A DNA stretch of 64,000 nt, from the NCBI GenBank assembly GCA_041649715.1, contig JBAZMP010000002.1:4964-68963 (forward strand), in the 5' to 3' direction. This stretch comes from Patescibacteria group bacterium (GTDB lineage: Bacteria; Patescibacteriota; Patescibacteriia; JAXHNJ01). Position 1 is the stretch's first letter. Each line of letters begins with the position of its first letter. The notes below the pieces were generated by a model that made no database searches, was not told the origin of the DNA, and saw only the letters and a program-made list of their open reading frames with translations. The position numbers were made by a program, and so were the translations under genes. Positions 49,041-57,958 of this stretch are shown piece by piece.

Positions 49041-50312
49041 TTATCGTTCATAGGTAATTGGATTTTGGAAAGATTCGGACGCACCGCAGCGTCCTAATTG
49101 TTGTTCAATCTGAATATGCGTATCATCAATCAGCTGAAGGAGGATCTTTTCCTGGCCGTTGGTGCGGTTATCATCGTAGCAGTAGACTTTTCCGTCGGCG
49201 GTCACCTCGGAATATTCCCGGTCGATTAAGCCGGCATGTTTCGGGATAAACCAGAAACCCGTCACGTTTGAGACGGTGAATTTCGCGTATTGGGTCTCAA
49301 CATTGTCGTGAATTAAGATCATCGCGTTATTATTGTCAGTGACATTTTTTGTCGTCACCGGATTTTTAAACCAGTTGCCGGCCGCTGTACCGGGGATATC
49401 ATACATGATTTTTCCGCAGACCGGCTCGGTGGTTTTTGCGACAAATACCTGGGTATCGCTTCCCTGTGACCTCATGTCGCCGAACAAAGCAGAGTATTTG
49501 GCTTTCAGCTCGGGAGTATAATAATCTGTCAGGCAGTAAGCATGATTGGTAAAGGTGTAGTACCGGTCCGGATTGGCGAAGCCTAAGGCCGGTTTGTTAT
49601 AATCATACAGCCCGTAATCAACATGCATATTTTTTGGTCCCAATTTGCCCATATAGCCGATAATCTCGCCGGCTTTCAGCTGAATCCTGTCAAAATTCGG
49701 GTGGCAGGTGTAATACCAGCTTTGTTCATCTTCTTCGGTTTTTTCCTGACTGCAATTCAAGTTTTCTTCGTGAACAGCCGCGGCCAGCTTAGGCGAAAGT
49801 TTCGTGTAATGAACCATGGAAAGGTTAATGCCGCGGCAGGGGACCATATTAATCTGATAATCGTTGCCTATCAATGAATCATCGCTTTTGTAGTATTTTT
49901 GCTTAATTTCTACCCAGATCAGGGTCATGTCGGAGGGAGCGTAGACCGGAACTTCGGCGGTATATTCCCCGGCATAAGGATATATGTGGTCAACCGGTAC
50001 GACATGGCCGGACTCGTTTGAATTGCCCAAAGGGATGATGCGCAAGGGTAAGCCTTCGTCCATGAACGGCACGGTGAATATTTGCGAGGTATCGGCCGGG
50101 CAGGCCGGTAGGTCCGAAGCCAAGCTTAAGGCTTGGAGATCATCACTTTGAATTTGACTGGTATTAGTTTCTTCCGGTGTATTTTGTTTTACGTTTTTGT
50201 CTGACTCAGTTTTTTTGCAGGCGGAAATAAAAAGGACCAGACAGAAAACCGCGGCGATAATGAATATTCTTTTAATCATAGACTTTTTTGGTTGAATGTT
50301 TTTTAATCCCAT
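49041..50312 (-). CDS. lipoprotein, long M23-like family (array member 6)
   Basis: QPKKS + lipobox ISAC; PLG...GHVVPVDHIY, VYAPSD, KAGEIIG; alternative start 50279. Confidence 0.8.
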   Translation of the reverse strand: MGLKNIQPKKSMIKRIFIIAAVFCLVLFISACKKTESDKNVKQNTPEETNTSQIQSDDLQALSLASDLPACPADTSQIFTVPFMDEGLPLRIIPLGNSNESGHVVPVDHIYPYAGEYTAEVPVYAPSDMTLIWVEIKQKYYKSDDSLIGNDYQINMVPCRGINLSMVHYTKLSPKLAAAVHEENLNCSQEKTEEDEQSWYYTCHPNFDRIQLKAGEIIGYMGKLGPKNMHVDYGLYDYNKPALGFANPDRYYTFTNHAYCLTDYYTPELKAKYSALFGDMRSQGSDTQVFVAKTTEPVCGKIMYDIPGTAAGNWFKNPVTTKNVTDNNNAMILIHDNVETQYAKFTVSNVTGFWFIPKHAGLIDREYSEVTADGKVYCYDDNRTNGQEKILLQLIDDTHIQIEQQLGRCGASESFQNPITYER

Positions 50313-50313
50313 A

Positions 50314-51276
50314 TTATTTATTTTCCTCTGTTTCGGGTTTATCATCTTTTACTTTCGGCTCCTCGGCAACTTCATAAGTGTTTTCGCCCAATTTATATCT
50401 AATAAGTGACCCGTCTATAAATCCTTCCGTTTCCCGGCCCAAAAGAAATTCAATGGCTTCGTGGTGATGCTTAACGCTTCCGGTTTCAGTCGAACACCGG
50501 AAAGAAATCTCATCGCCGAGCTTGAATCCCAATTCCGAAAGAGGTCGGGCTGATAGGGTGTAATCATATCCCAGACCGCCAGCGAGCATCCCATTCATTG
50601 AAGTAATCAGAAAGGCATCCTCGCCGCTGGCGTCTTTGCCGTTTCTTGTGATAAATGACATTACGTTAGCGACCGGGTCGATCTGTGCGTATTCTCCGTT
50701 TTCAGAAACAGTATAGTAACCGATGCCATCGTGAGCGGCATCTACCTTGTCTTGGCCGTTTTTATCTTTATAAAATATTTCGTCGAGCTTCCCCCCGTGG
50801 CTGATAATATAGTCGCCATCATATGAAACATGATCGGTCGGCAGTTTACCCCAATATTCAAATTTCAAGTACATATATTGGTTGTCAGCGCCGACGGACA
50901 AGCTTTTTAAATCTGTAAATGGCATCGGATAGGGAGAGGTGTTGTTGCCGCGGTACGTGTCAGTTGTCCGATTATGCGTGTAGATAAAAAAGTCATCTTC
51001 GGGGTCCTCAATTTTTATACCGGAAGCAAAAGCCGCATCAGCCGCCGTTAGCTGAGCCGCTGAAAACGGCAATGTTCTGCCAGTTTTTTTCGGATCACCA
51101 GACCCGTCGACAGGCGTGTTGTTATTTATGACCTTATAGAGATTTTTTTCCTTGTCCGAATCGCCGTTTTTTTTATCCCGGAAAGTTGCCCCCATGAACA
51201 CAACCACAATAATAATGATGATTGAAATCAGCCACCAGAATTTTTTGAAGAACGATTTTTTGGGTTGGGTGTCCAT
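50314..51276 (-). CDS. membrane-anchored protein, DOMON/CBM9-like body (array member 5)
   Basis: MDTQPKKSFFKKFWW+TM; DPEDDF...DLKSLSVGADNQYMYLKF resembles glucodextranase-C-type domains. Confidence 0.7.
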   Translation of the reverse strand: MDTQPKKSFFKKFWWLISIIIIIVVVFMGATFRDKKNGDSDKEKNLYKVINNNTPVDGSGDPKKTGRTLPFSAAQLTAADAAFASGIKIEDPEDDFFIYTHNRTTDTYRGNNTSPYPMPFTDLKSLSVGADNQYMYLKFEYWGKLPTDHVSYDGDYIISHGGKLDEIFYKDKNGQDKVDAAHDGIGYYTVSENGEYAQIDPVANVMSFITRNGKDASGEDAFLITSMNGMLAGGLGYDYTLSARPLSELGFKLGDEISFRCSTETGSVKHHHEAIEFLLGRETEGFIDGSLIRYKLGENTYEVAEEPKVKDDKPETEENK

Positions 51277-51278
51277 AA

Positions 51279-52037
51279 TTATCTAAATTTATCTTCATAA
51301 CCTCCCGAGCAGATTTCCGGGGCATTGGCTTTCATCTCCGGCGAATTTGTTTCCGCCCAGATCTTCTCGATTAATATTTTTGAGGCGCTGTCGAAATAGA
51401 TCATGGGGCAAAGCCTCGGCTCGACCGCTGCGATAGACAGATCTTTTTGCGCGACATCATAATAGCCGAATTGCCAATGAATGTTCTTGTAATCTTGTCC
51501 GTTTTTGCCTTTTCCTTCGTTATTCGGCCAGCCGATGAAATCGCCGATTTTTACCTTGTCGCCGACTTTCAGATTGGGATTGGTGGCGTCAAGCCCGCAA
51601 TAATCCACGCCCCAGCCGTCGTCGGTCTTGGTCACGACCATGACCGTCGCGTTTGAAACTGTGTCTCTGATATCGACGATCGCGGCGTCCAGGGAGGCGA
51701 TGATTCTTATCTCTTTGTTCGTATTCCACTGAAAATCCAAGCCTGGATGGCCGAGGGCGGCATCGGCGTGGAATATCGTCTCGCCCATGGGGATCAGGGC
51801 GTCGGGGGCGTCTGAAGCGGCGAAGGGCAAGGACAGGACCGGTGTAGACGTCGGGCGGACGATTTGTATCTCCGGCGGTTCACCGGTTTCGTTCTCAGCG
51901 GCGGCTTTATTCTCGTTGTCTAGCCGACTGGCCCGGTGGCCGGTAATCCAGCCGTAGACAAAACCGACGATGAGCACAATCAAAATCAGGCCGAGCCACC
52001 AGAATCTTTTGATATATGATTTTTTTTCATTGTTCAT
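51279..52037 (-). CDS. membrane-anchored M23 peptidase-like protein (array member 4)
   Basis: KKSYIKRFWW+TM; HPGLD (HxxxD), LKVGDKVKIGDFIG, NIHW. Confidence 0.8.
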   Translation of the reverse strand: MNNEKKSYIKRFWWLGLILIVLIVGFVYGWITGHRASRLDNENKAAAENETGEPPEIQIVRPTSTPVLSLPFAASDAPDALIPMGETIFHADAALGHPGLDFQWNTNKEIRIIASLDAAIVDIRDTVSNATVMVVTKTDDGWGVDYCGLDATNPNLKVGDKVKIGDFIGWPNNEGKGKNGQDYKNIHWQFGYYDVAQKDLSIAAVEPRLCPMIYFDSASKILIEKIWAETNSPEMKANAPEICSGGYEDKFR

Positions 52038-52040
52038 AAT

Positions 52041-53324
52041 TTATCTATCTAATGTCACAGGTTGGTTAAATTGATCCGTCGTTTTACAGGCGCCTCGTTG
52101 GTATTCAGCTTTAAGGTGATTGTTATCAATCAGCTGGATTAGCATTTTGCCAGCAGGATCGCCAACGCGATATATTGTGAGATTATAGCAGTAAACTTGA
52201 CCGTCCGTGCTAACCTCGCTTGGTTCACGATTGATTGTGCCGGAATGTGCCGGCGAGAAACTGAATATTTTCGGACCAGTAACTGTGCCAGCAGAAGAAA
52301 TCATGCCCTGAGTGTGATCAATGTCGCCATGGATGATGGCCAATTCTTCCGTATCACCGATATACCAAGTACCCTGAATGCTACCGATAACCTCCTGATG
52401 CTGGGTACCGCAAAGCGGTTCGCCGGTTCTTTTTGTGAATAATCCGTAATAATCATCGTACAAGCCGAATAGGTTATAATATTTATTTTTCAACTCACCT
52501 GTATACATATCAAAAAGGCAGATAGCATATTTCATATTTCCATTGTGGGTGTAGAATTTTAATTCAGGATTAGTAATCGCCGAGGACAGCTGACGATAAT
52601 CATGCGCCCAATCTTCAAAGGTTCCGCAGCGTCCGGGTTCTTGTTTCACAATACCAATGAATTCTCCAGCCTTGATGGAAATATTCGTTTCGACCCGGCA
52701 GTATTTACGGGCGCCTTCTTTGCCTAGTTTTGTAATTCCTTCGGTGCATGCTTTTGGATCTTTCAGCGCATCAGCAATCACTTGTTCGATTGACTCTGAT
52801 ATCGTTTCATAAATACTGAAATCTAGTACGACATTCTTGCACACAGTGAATGTCAGATTGGTACCGATTAATTCATATGTTCCGGTATTTTTAAGATCTA
52901 TATATTCCCGGTTGACCCCCGTAATCCATCCGTCCGCTGGAGCATAGCCACGGACTGGGTCGCCGCAGGGTATGTAATAGGAGTTATGGTCGGTCGCTCC
53001 CGTATGCCCCGGCGGGCTGACCCAGCCTAGGGGGCCAATGGCCCCAATTTCTTCCGGGTCAATAAAGGGGGCAGTTAAAATGCCTGCCAGATCATTTGGG
53101 CATTCGGGGAAATTACCTCCCTTGTCAGAGTCTTTATCAAAATCCTTTTTTTCATTGGTATTAATATCTTGTTGGTTCTGTTCAAAAGGTTTTTTATTTT
53201 TTTCATTAGGTTCGTCTTTGCCTGATAATTGCGACACTATAAGACATCCCCCAATAAGAATTATAATTATTAATAGGATCCACCAGAATCTTTTGAAGGA
53301 TGATTTTTTTGATTGGGCGTCCAT
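52041..53324 (-). CDS. membrane-anchored long M23-like protein (array member 3)
   Basis: KKSSFKRFWW+TM; PLG...PPGHTGATDH, YAPADGWI, KAGEFIG; C-terminus paralogous to members 2 and 6. Confidence 0.8.
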   Translation of the reverse strand: MDAQSKKSSFKRFWWILLIIIILIGGCLIVSQLSGKDEPNEKNKKPFEQNQQDINTNEKKDFDKDSDKGGNFPECPNDLAGILTAPFIDPEEIGAIGPLGWVSPPGHTGATDHNSYYIPCGDPVRGYAPADGWITGVNREYIDLKNTGTYELIGTNLTFTVCKNVVLDFSIYETISESIEQVIADALKDPKACTEGITKLGKEGARKYCRVETNISIKAGEFIGIVKQEPGRCGTFEDWAHDYRQLSSAITNPELKFYTHNGNMKYAICLFDMYTGELKNKYYNLFGLYDDYYGLFTKRTGEPLCGTQHQEVIGSIQGTWYIGDTEELAIIHGDIDHTQGMISSAGTVTGPKIFSFSPAHSGTINREPSEVSTDGQVYCYNLTIYRVGDPAGKMLIQLIDNNHLKAEYQRGACKTTDQFNQPVTLDR

Positions 53325-53334
53325 AATTGATTAT

Positions 53335-54646
53335 TTATCTTTGATACTCAAATGGGTTTATAAATGATTCATCAGAACTACACGACCCGTCCTGATGCTC
53401 TACTTTTAGCCGATGATCATTAATTAGTTGAACTAATATTTTCCCCGCCATCTTTTCTCTGCTCAGCTGTTTTTCTGCGGAATAATCATCCATAAAACAG
53501 TAAATATTGTCATCGGCTGTTATTTCACTTGGTTCTCTGTTAATTATTCCTGAATGTTTCGGGAAGAACATAACAACCGAATAATCTCCCGTGATAGATT
53601 TATCCATGGAAAATATGCCAATAGACGGGTCCATATTGTAGTGTACGATAGCCAGCGCTTTTGTTTGGTATACTTCGGGATTATCGCCCCACCACACTCC
53701 TTGGGCAGTACCGGGAATATCTTGGATTATCTCTCCGCAAACAGGTTCTTTAGTCCTTGCCATAAAATCCAGCGGGGTAATTACGGATTTCCCGTTTATC
53801 GTCTCCTCCCTTTGCGACAGATATACCCCAAATTTTGAAAAATACTGATCCTTCAGATCCCCTTTGTATAGATCAAACAGGCACATCGCACGGGAATATC
53901 GTTGATCTTTGGCATAATCCCAATTAATATCCGTTCTTTGCGGGGTGTTGTAGTTTGCGGCCCATACTTCAAAGAAGAAGCCATCATCTTTTTTACGCGT
54001 ATATCCAAGCAGCTCCCCGGAAGTAACTTTTAGATTTGTCTCATAAATACAACTCCCTTCCGTTCTCCCATGGCCTTCTTTATTAATGTCGTAGGTGCAG
54101 GAACCTTCAATGTTTTTTATCTCATTTTGCAGCCTTTGAGATATCTCGGTATAAGTCGTCAGATCCAAAACCAATCCTTTGCAAATAAGAAGAGATATTG
54201 AATATCCGGTGGGAATGTACTCTCCGGTCTCCGATTTCGCCGACTCTTCTGTCATTGATAATTTTAGCATTGGCCGGCGCGTAAAGAGGAATCTGGCCTT
54301 CAGCGAGAGACTGAAAATAGATGTGATCAATAGGGATGACATGACCCGGAGGATTTATATTTCCTAAAGGCGTAAGAAACAAAATTGCTTCCGGCGGCAT
54401 AAAAGGATAATCTAATATACCAGAAAGATCAGCCGGACAATCAATTACATCTGACGGGTATCTTATATCTGTTGGTTGTTCGTTATTGTTTTGATTATTT
54501 TCTGATAAGTTAACTGCGTCATTTAAAGAGGTTTCGTCTTTTTGGCTATTGCTGTTTAACGCGAATACTATAATAACCACGAAAGCGACTATTATTAATA
54601 ATCCCATCCACCAGAATCTTTTGAAAAATGATTTTTTTTGATCCAT
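53335..54646 (-). pseudogene. frameshifted long M23-like gene (array member 2)
   Basis: MDQKKSFFKRFWW...YAPANAKI in one frame continues as SMTEE...YQR* in another; restoring 2 nt near 54258 gives 437 aa aligned to paralog 52041..53324. Confidence 0.8.
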
Positions 54647-54653
54647 ATTATTT

Positions 54654-55586
54654 TTATTTGTAAGCGGCGTAATAAATACCCTTGGCGTGCTGGCCGTAAT
54701 ACATAAACCAGGCGCCGTTGATTTTTTCAAGAGTGGGATCGCAGGGCGGATTGGGAACGAATTTAAGATTGGCGTTTTCATTATTGCTCCAGTCAAAAAC
54801 CGGGGCGGAAAAAGCGCCGCTTGAGTAAACCGTGCGATAGATACCGGCATAGCTCCAGAAATAAACTCTTAATTCGCCGTTGTCCCATTTTACCCACTCC
54901 GCGCCGTCGGCCAGGCCATAAAGAGTCTCATTCCTTGAATCAAAGGCAAGGCCCTTCTTTTCCCAGGCCAGGCCGTCGCGGGAAGAGGCCCAGAAATAGA
55001 GCTGAGTGGTTTGGTTAGGCACTTTTTCCGAGGTTTCATAAGGCTCGTTGATTGTTCCGCGGTAAACCATAATATAGGTTTTGTCCGGCAGCAAATAAGT
55101 GCTTTGAGCGCCGACACTTTCCAGGTTAAAACCCGGTTCGGATTTATCAATCCTGACGCCGGGTTCATCGGTCCAATTCAGTCCGTCTTCGGAAACCGCG
55201 CTTTTAATCACTTGGTCGTTCTGAAAATAGGCGCGAAAACGGCCGTCAGGCAATTTTACCACATCAAAAAATACCGCCCAGGTTTTTCTTACCCCCTCTT
55301 CTTTGGTCCAGGTAATCCCGTCCGAAGAGACAGAGGAGTAAATCTGGCCGGCAAAATCCGGGGTTTCCGGTTCAGCCGCGTAATAAAGTCGGTACTGGCT
55401 GTTGCCCAAGTCCAGGATTTCCGCGTCGGCGTACTGGCCCGAGACGACGACGCCTTGTTCTTGCCAGGCAGGAGTAGTATTAGTATTTGTATTGGTGACC
55501 CTGGTATTGTCAGCCGTCTTTTTACAGGCGGAAACAAAAAATACCAGACAGATCAGGCTTAAGAGGATGATAAGTTTTTTGGGCAT
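54654..55586 (-). CDS. lipoprotein with beta-propeller (GH32/GH43/BNR-like) repeats (array member 1)
   Basis: VSAC lipobox; repeated S.DG..W Asp-box motifs, YRLYY, WFMYYG. Confidence 0.8.
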   Translation of the reverse strand: MPKKLIILLSLICLVFFVSACKKTADNTRVTNTNTNTTPAWQEQGVVVSGQYADAEILDLGNSQYRLYYAAEPETPDFAGQIYSSVSSDGITWTKEEGVRKTWAVFFDVVKLPDGRFRAYFQNDQVIKSAVSEDGLNWTDEPGVRIDKSEPGFNLESVGAQSTYLLPDKTYIMVYRGTINEPYETSEKVPNQTTQLYFWASSRDGLAWEKKGLAFDSRNETLYGLADGAEWVKWDNGELRVYFWSYAGIYRTVYSSGAFSAPVFDWSNNENANLKFVPNPPCDPTLEKINGAWFMYYGQHAKGIYYAAYK

Positions 55587-55623
55587 AGATTATGGTATTT
55601 AAACAATAAATTATGCTTCTTTT

Positions 55624-55632
55624 ATTCTACCA
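55624..55632 (-). promoter_or_regulatory. extended -10 promoter heading the surface-protein array
   Basis: TGGTAGAAT 37 nt upstream of ATG 55586, just past an upstream terminator. Confidence 0.5.
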
Positions 55633-55644
55633 TTTTTAGCCATT

Positions 55645-55672
55645 AAAAAAAGAGCCGACACGCGGCCGGCTC
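55645..55672 (-). terminator. intrinsic terminator
   Basis: GAGCCG...CGGCTC + T7 on the minus strand. Confidence 0.65.
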
Positions 55673-55680
55673 AGGGCGAT

Positions 55681-56007
55681 TTAAGGTATGGGGTTGATTT
55701 GGAAGGGGATGTCGTCTTTTCCCGTGGTTTTCAGATTTTCCCGGAAATAAAGGGAAAGGATTTCGTCAACCTCGGCAACTCGGGAAGGAAGGGCGAGAAT
55801 CTCCGCCTTATGCACTTTGCCCAGTTCATGGATTAGTTCCAGGGCGTTGCCAAGAAACAGTATATAAAGGGCTTCTTCTCCAATGATCCTGCCGAAGATG
55901 TTCGAAGAATTGAGTTCTTCGTGAATCCTCTTTTGAATCTCAAGAGGAAGCTGAAGGAATTTCTTAATCGTGAAATTCACGATTATCTGCCGGTCTACGA
56001 CTCCCAT
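55681..56007 (-). CDS. hypothetical protein
   Basis: 108 aa with GGAGGT SD, own promoter and terminator. Confidence 0.65.
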   Translation of the reverse strand: MGVVDRQIIVNFTIKKFLQLPLEIQKRIHEELNSSNIFGRIIGEEALYILFLGNALELIHELGKVHKAEILALPSRVAEVDEILSLYFRENLKTTGKDDIPFQINPIP

Positions 56008-56040
56008 CTATGCACCTCCCTGAAGAATGTTCAGGGCTCA

Positions 56041-56069
56041 AACTTATCAGATATTAAAAGAAAAGTCAA
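56041..56069 (-). promoter_or_regulatory. sigma70-type promoter
   Basis: TTGACT-17 nt-TAAGTT with extended TG. Confidence 0.5.
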
Positions 56070-56164
56070 TAATCCTAAAAACTCCGCCGTGACGCCTAGT
56101 GCGAGGGATGATTTTCGTTTTTCCGCTGGTTTTACTTTTGAGCTAATTTCTCGTTGAGTTATTT

Positions 56165-56362
56165 GTTCTTTCTGTGGCCAGAAAGAACCAAAGAGCCCTG
56201 GGGGCTTCAATTTTTTTGTTGCTAAGATCTTCATGTATTCTTAGCCCCGCGGGTACAAAAAGGAAGCCCCCAGACCCCAGCTTGCTAATATCATTTTTTG
56301 ATGCTAATTTTTTTTGGAGCGCCTCGGCTTCGGTGCCATTCAGCCTCGGCGCCGGCTTTTTT
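56165..56362. other. structured intergenic element (possible ncRNA or REP-like repeat)
   Basis: 10-bp hairpin 56165-88; 11-bp stem 56198-208/56263-73 enclosing further stems; GC hairpin + T6 ending at 56362. Confidence 0.45.
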
Positions 56363-56367
56363 ATCGC

Positions 56368-56394
56368 AAAAAAACCGCCGAGCAAAGCCGGCGG
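56368..56394 (-). terminator. intrinsic terminator
   Basis: CCGCCG...CGGCGG + T tract on the minus strand after the 56424 stop. Confidence 0.65.
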
Positions 56395-56423
56395 CTTGGG
56401 TACATTTGATCTAAATCTCTAGT

Positions 56424-56813
56424 CTAGGCGGAAGCGGAGCGGAGGGTCAGGGTGACGTCTCCGCCAGCCTTTTCCTGGTCTTCGGAAAAACGGTAATTAC
56501 CCTTTGGGGTGAAGACGCCGCACGACTCCTTCCGGGCTACCTTCAGGCGGTACAAGACAGGCGGCTTTCCGGCCATGGGTCCGTCCAGGTATTGTTTCTT
56601 GAACTTGACCTCCTCGTTTTCTACCTGGCCGGTGATTTCGTCCTGGCCGTTTTTGTCCAAGATTTAGCCGGTAATGGCTCCCTCTGGCGCGACACTCATT
56701 TTGCCGATGAATTTGAACTCCTTTCTGACGAAAGACACGGGAAACACCGAGCATCCCCAGACCGCGTTTGTGTACAAACCATCAACGGTATAGTTACCCT
56801 TCAGCTTGCTCAT
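56424..56813 (-). pseudogene. 129-codon hypothetical gene interrupted by in-frame TAA
   Basis: AAGGAGGT SD, ATG 56813, MSKLKGN...AITG*ILDKNGQDEITGQV...; TAA at 56664-56666, same frame continues to TAG at 56424. Confidence 0.7.
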
Positions 56814-56965
56814 GCTAATGGTACCTCCTTGATTCACGCCATGTAGAGTTATCTGGTTGAAAAGAACTTAAATAAATATATCATAAAAATTTCCTTTGGC
56901 AAGGAGATAAAGAATCCGCCTCAATTCTCCTTATAGTAATTTAACCCAGCGCCTTTTCCATCGGC

Positions 56966-57148
56966 TTATCGATATAAAACCAGAAAAGCCTGCCAGACCA
57001 GGAAGACCGGCCAGACGCAGGCTTTTAAAAAGCCTAAGACGCCCAGCCAGAAAGTGGCGGCGTGGCCGATAAAATAAATGCAGGCGCCGATAAAGCCGAA
57101 AAAGTACAGGGCGCTGCCGCCGCCGTGCGGTTTGAATTTGTGGTCCAT
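56966..57148 (-). CDS. small membrane protein
   Basis: GGGSALYFFGFIGACIYFI...FWLGVLGFLKACVWP. Confidence 0.75.
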   Translation of the reverse strand: MDHKFKPHGGGSALYFFGFIGACIYFIGHAATFWLGVLGFLKACVWPVFLVWQAFLVLYR

Positions 57149-57277
57149 AAGATTTGGAAATTAATAATGATTTATTCTACTTTTATCATAACAAAAAAAG
57201 CACGTTTGAGGAAACGAAGCCTGAATACAAAAACCGCGCCAGGGGAAATATCAGAGGCGCGATTTTTTTTATTTAAT

Positions 57278-57892
57278 TTATTGCGGATTGGCCGGGACAG
57301 GCGAGGCGGACAATCTTTTATACAGGGAAATATAGGCGAGCCAGACCACGGGCAGGGCGACAAAGACGCCGACGCCGAAAACTATCGCCCCCAGAATGAT
57401 GACCCCTAAAGCGGTCAGGCCGAAACCGAAGAGCGGCATTTTGATGCCTTTGGTCATGGCCGTGCTTTGTTTCATTGCTTCCTCAATGCCGAGATTTTTA
57501 TCGATAATCAGCGGGATGGTGAACAGAAAGCGTAAGGCCAGGTAAATGCCGGGGACGATAAGGAGGATAAAACCTATGGCGACAATAATGCCAATAATCA
57601 GGTTTGCCCCAAACACGCGCCAGTAGGGCTTGACCTGGGTAAAGACATCGGCGAGCGGCCGTTTGTTTCCGGCCTGGTAGTCCAAGACAAGACGGGTGTA
57701 ACCGCAGGCCATCCAGGTAGACAGGAATATTCCGAGAATATCAAGAGTGTAATGGCTACGGCCGTAGCCGCTGGTGATGCTTTCAATAAGGCAGACGATC
57801 ACGGCCAGGCCGACGAAGTACCAGAAGTTTTTTTTGACTTCGGTCCAGCCATAGCTTATCGCCTGACCGGTTTCCACTTTTTTTGTTTCCAT
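57278..57892 (-). CDS. DUF975-like integral membrane protein
   Basis: AISYGW, GFILLIVPGIY, EAMKQS..MTKG. Confidence 0.8.
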   Translation of the reverse strand: METKKVETGQAISYGWTEVKKNFWYFVGLAVIVCLIESITSGYGRSHYTLDILGIFLSTWMACGYTRLVLDYQAGNKRPLADVFTQVKPYWRVFGANLIIGIIVAIGFILLIVPGIYLALRFLFTIPLIIDKNLGIEEAMKQSTAMTKGIKMPLFGFGLTALGVIILGAIVFGVGVFVALPVVWLAYISLYKRLSASPVPANPQ

Positions 57893-57958
57893 AAGTTTAG
57901 GTTATTGGTTAATTAACTTAATTATAGCAAAAAAAGAGGGTTTGGGGCATGTTTATTA

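Larger units (their letters stand above)
48992..54637 (-). repeat. five dispersed ~30-nt repeats encoding KKSFFK[K/R]FWW
   Basis: Copies at 48992-49021, 51232-51261, 51996-52025, 53280-53309, 54608-54637. Confidence 0.9.

Noticed and set aside
48992-54637. KKSFFK repeats as a CRISPR array or integron attC sites
   Set aside because: Repeats are in-frame coding, non-palindromic and separated by whole genes; no cas or integrase gene in the window
54647-54850. 5' part of ORF 54122..54850
   Set aside because: Overlaps the propeller gene in another frame; the leader motif places the start at 54646
48266-55586. Diversity-generating retroelement targets
   Set aside because: No reverse transcriptase and no TR/VR pair differing only at adenines was seen
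56031-56422. Short ORFs 56031..56234, 56143..56385, 56174..56422
   Set aside because: Mutually overlapping, run through hairpins, promoter and terminators, and have no motifs
56664-56666. Stop-codon reassignment
   Set aside because: TAA ends most genes in the window and TGA also acts as stop; a single case fits a point mutation
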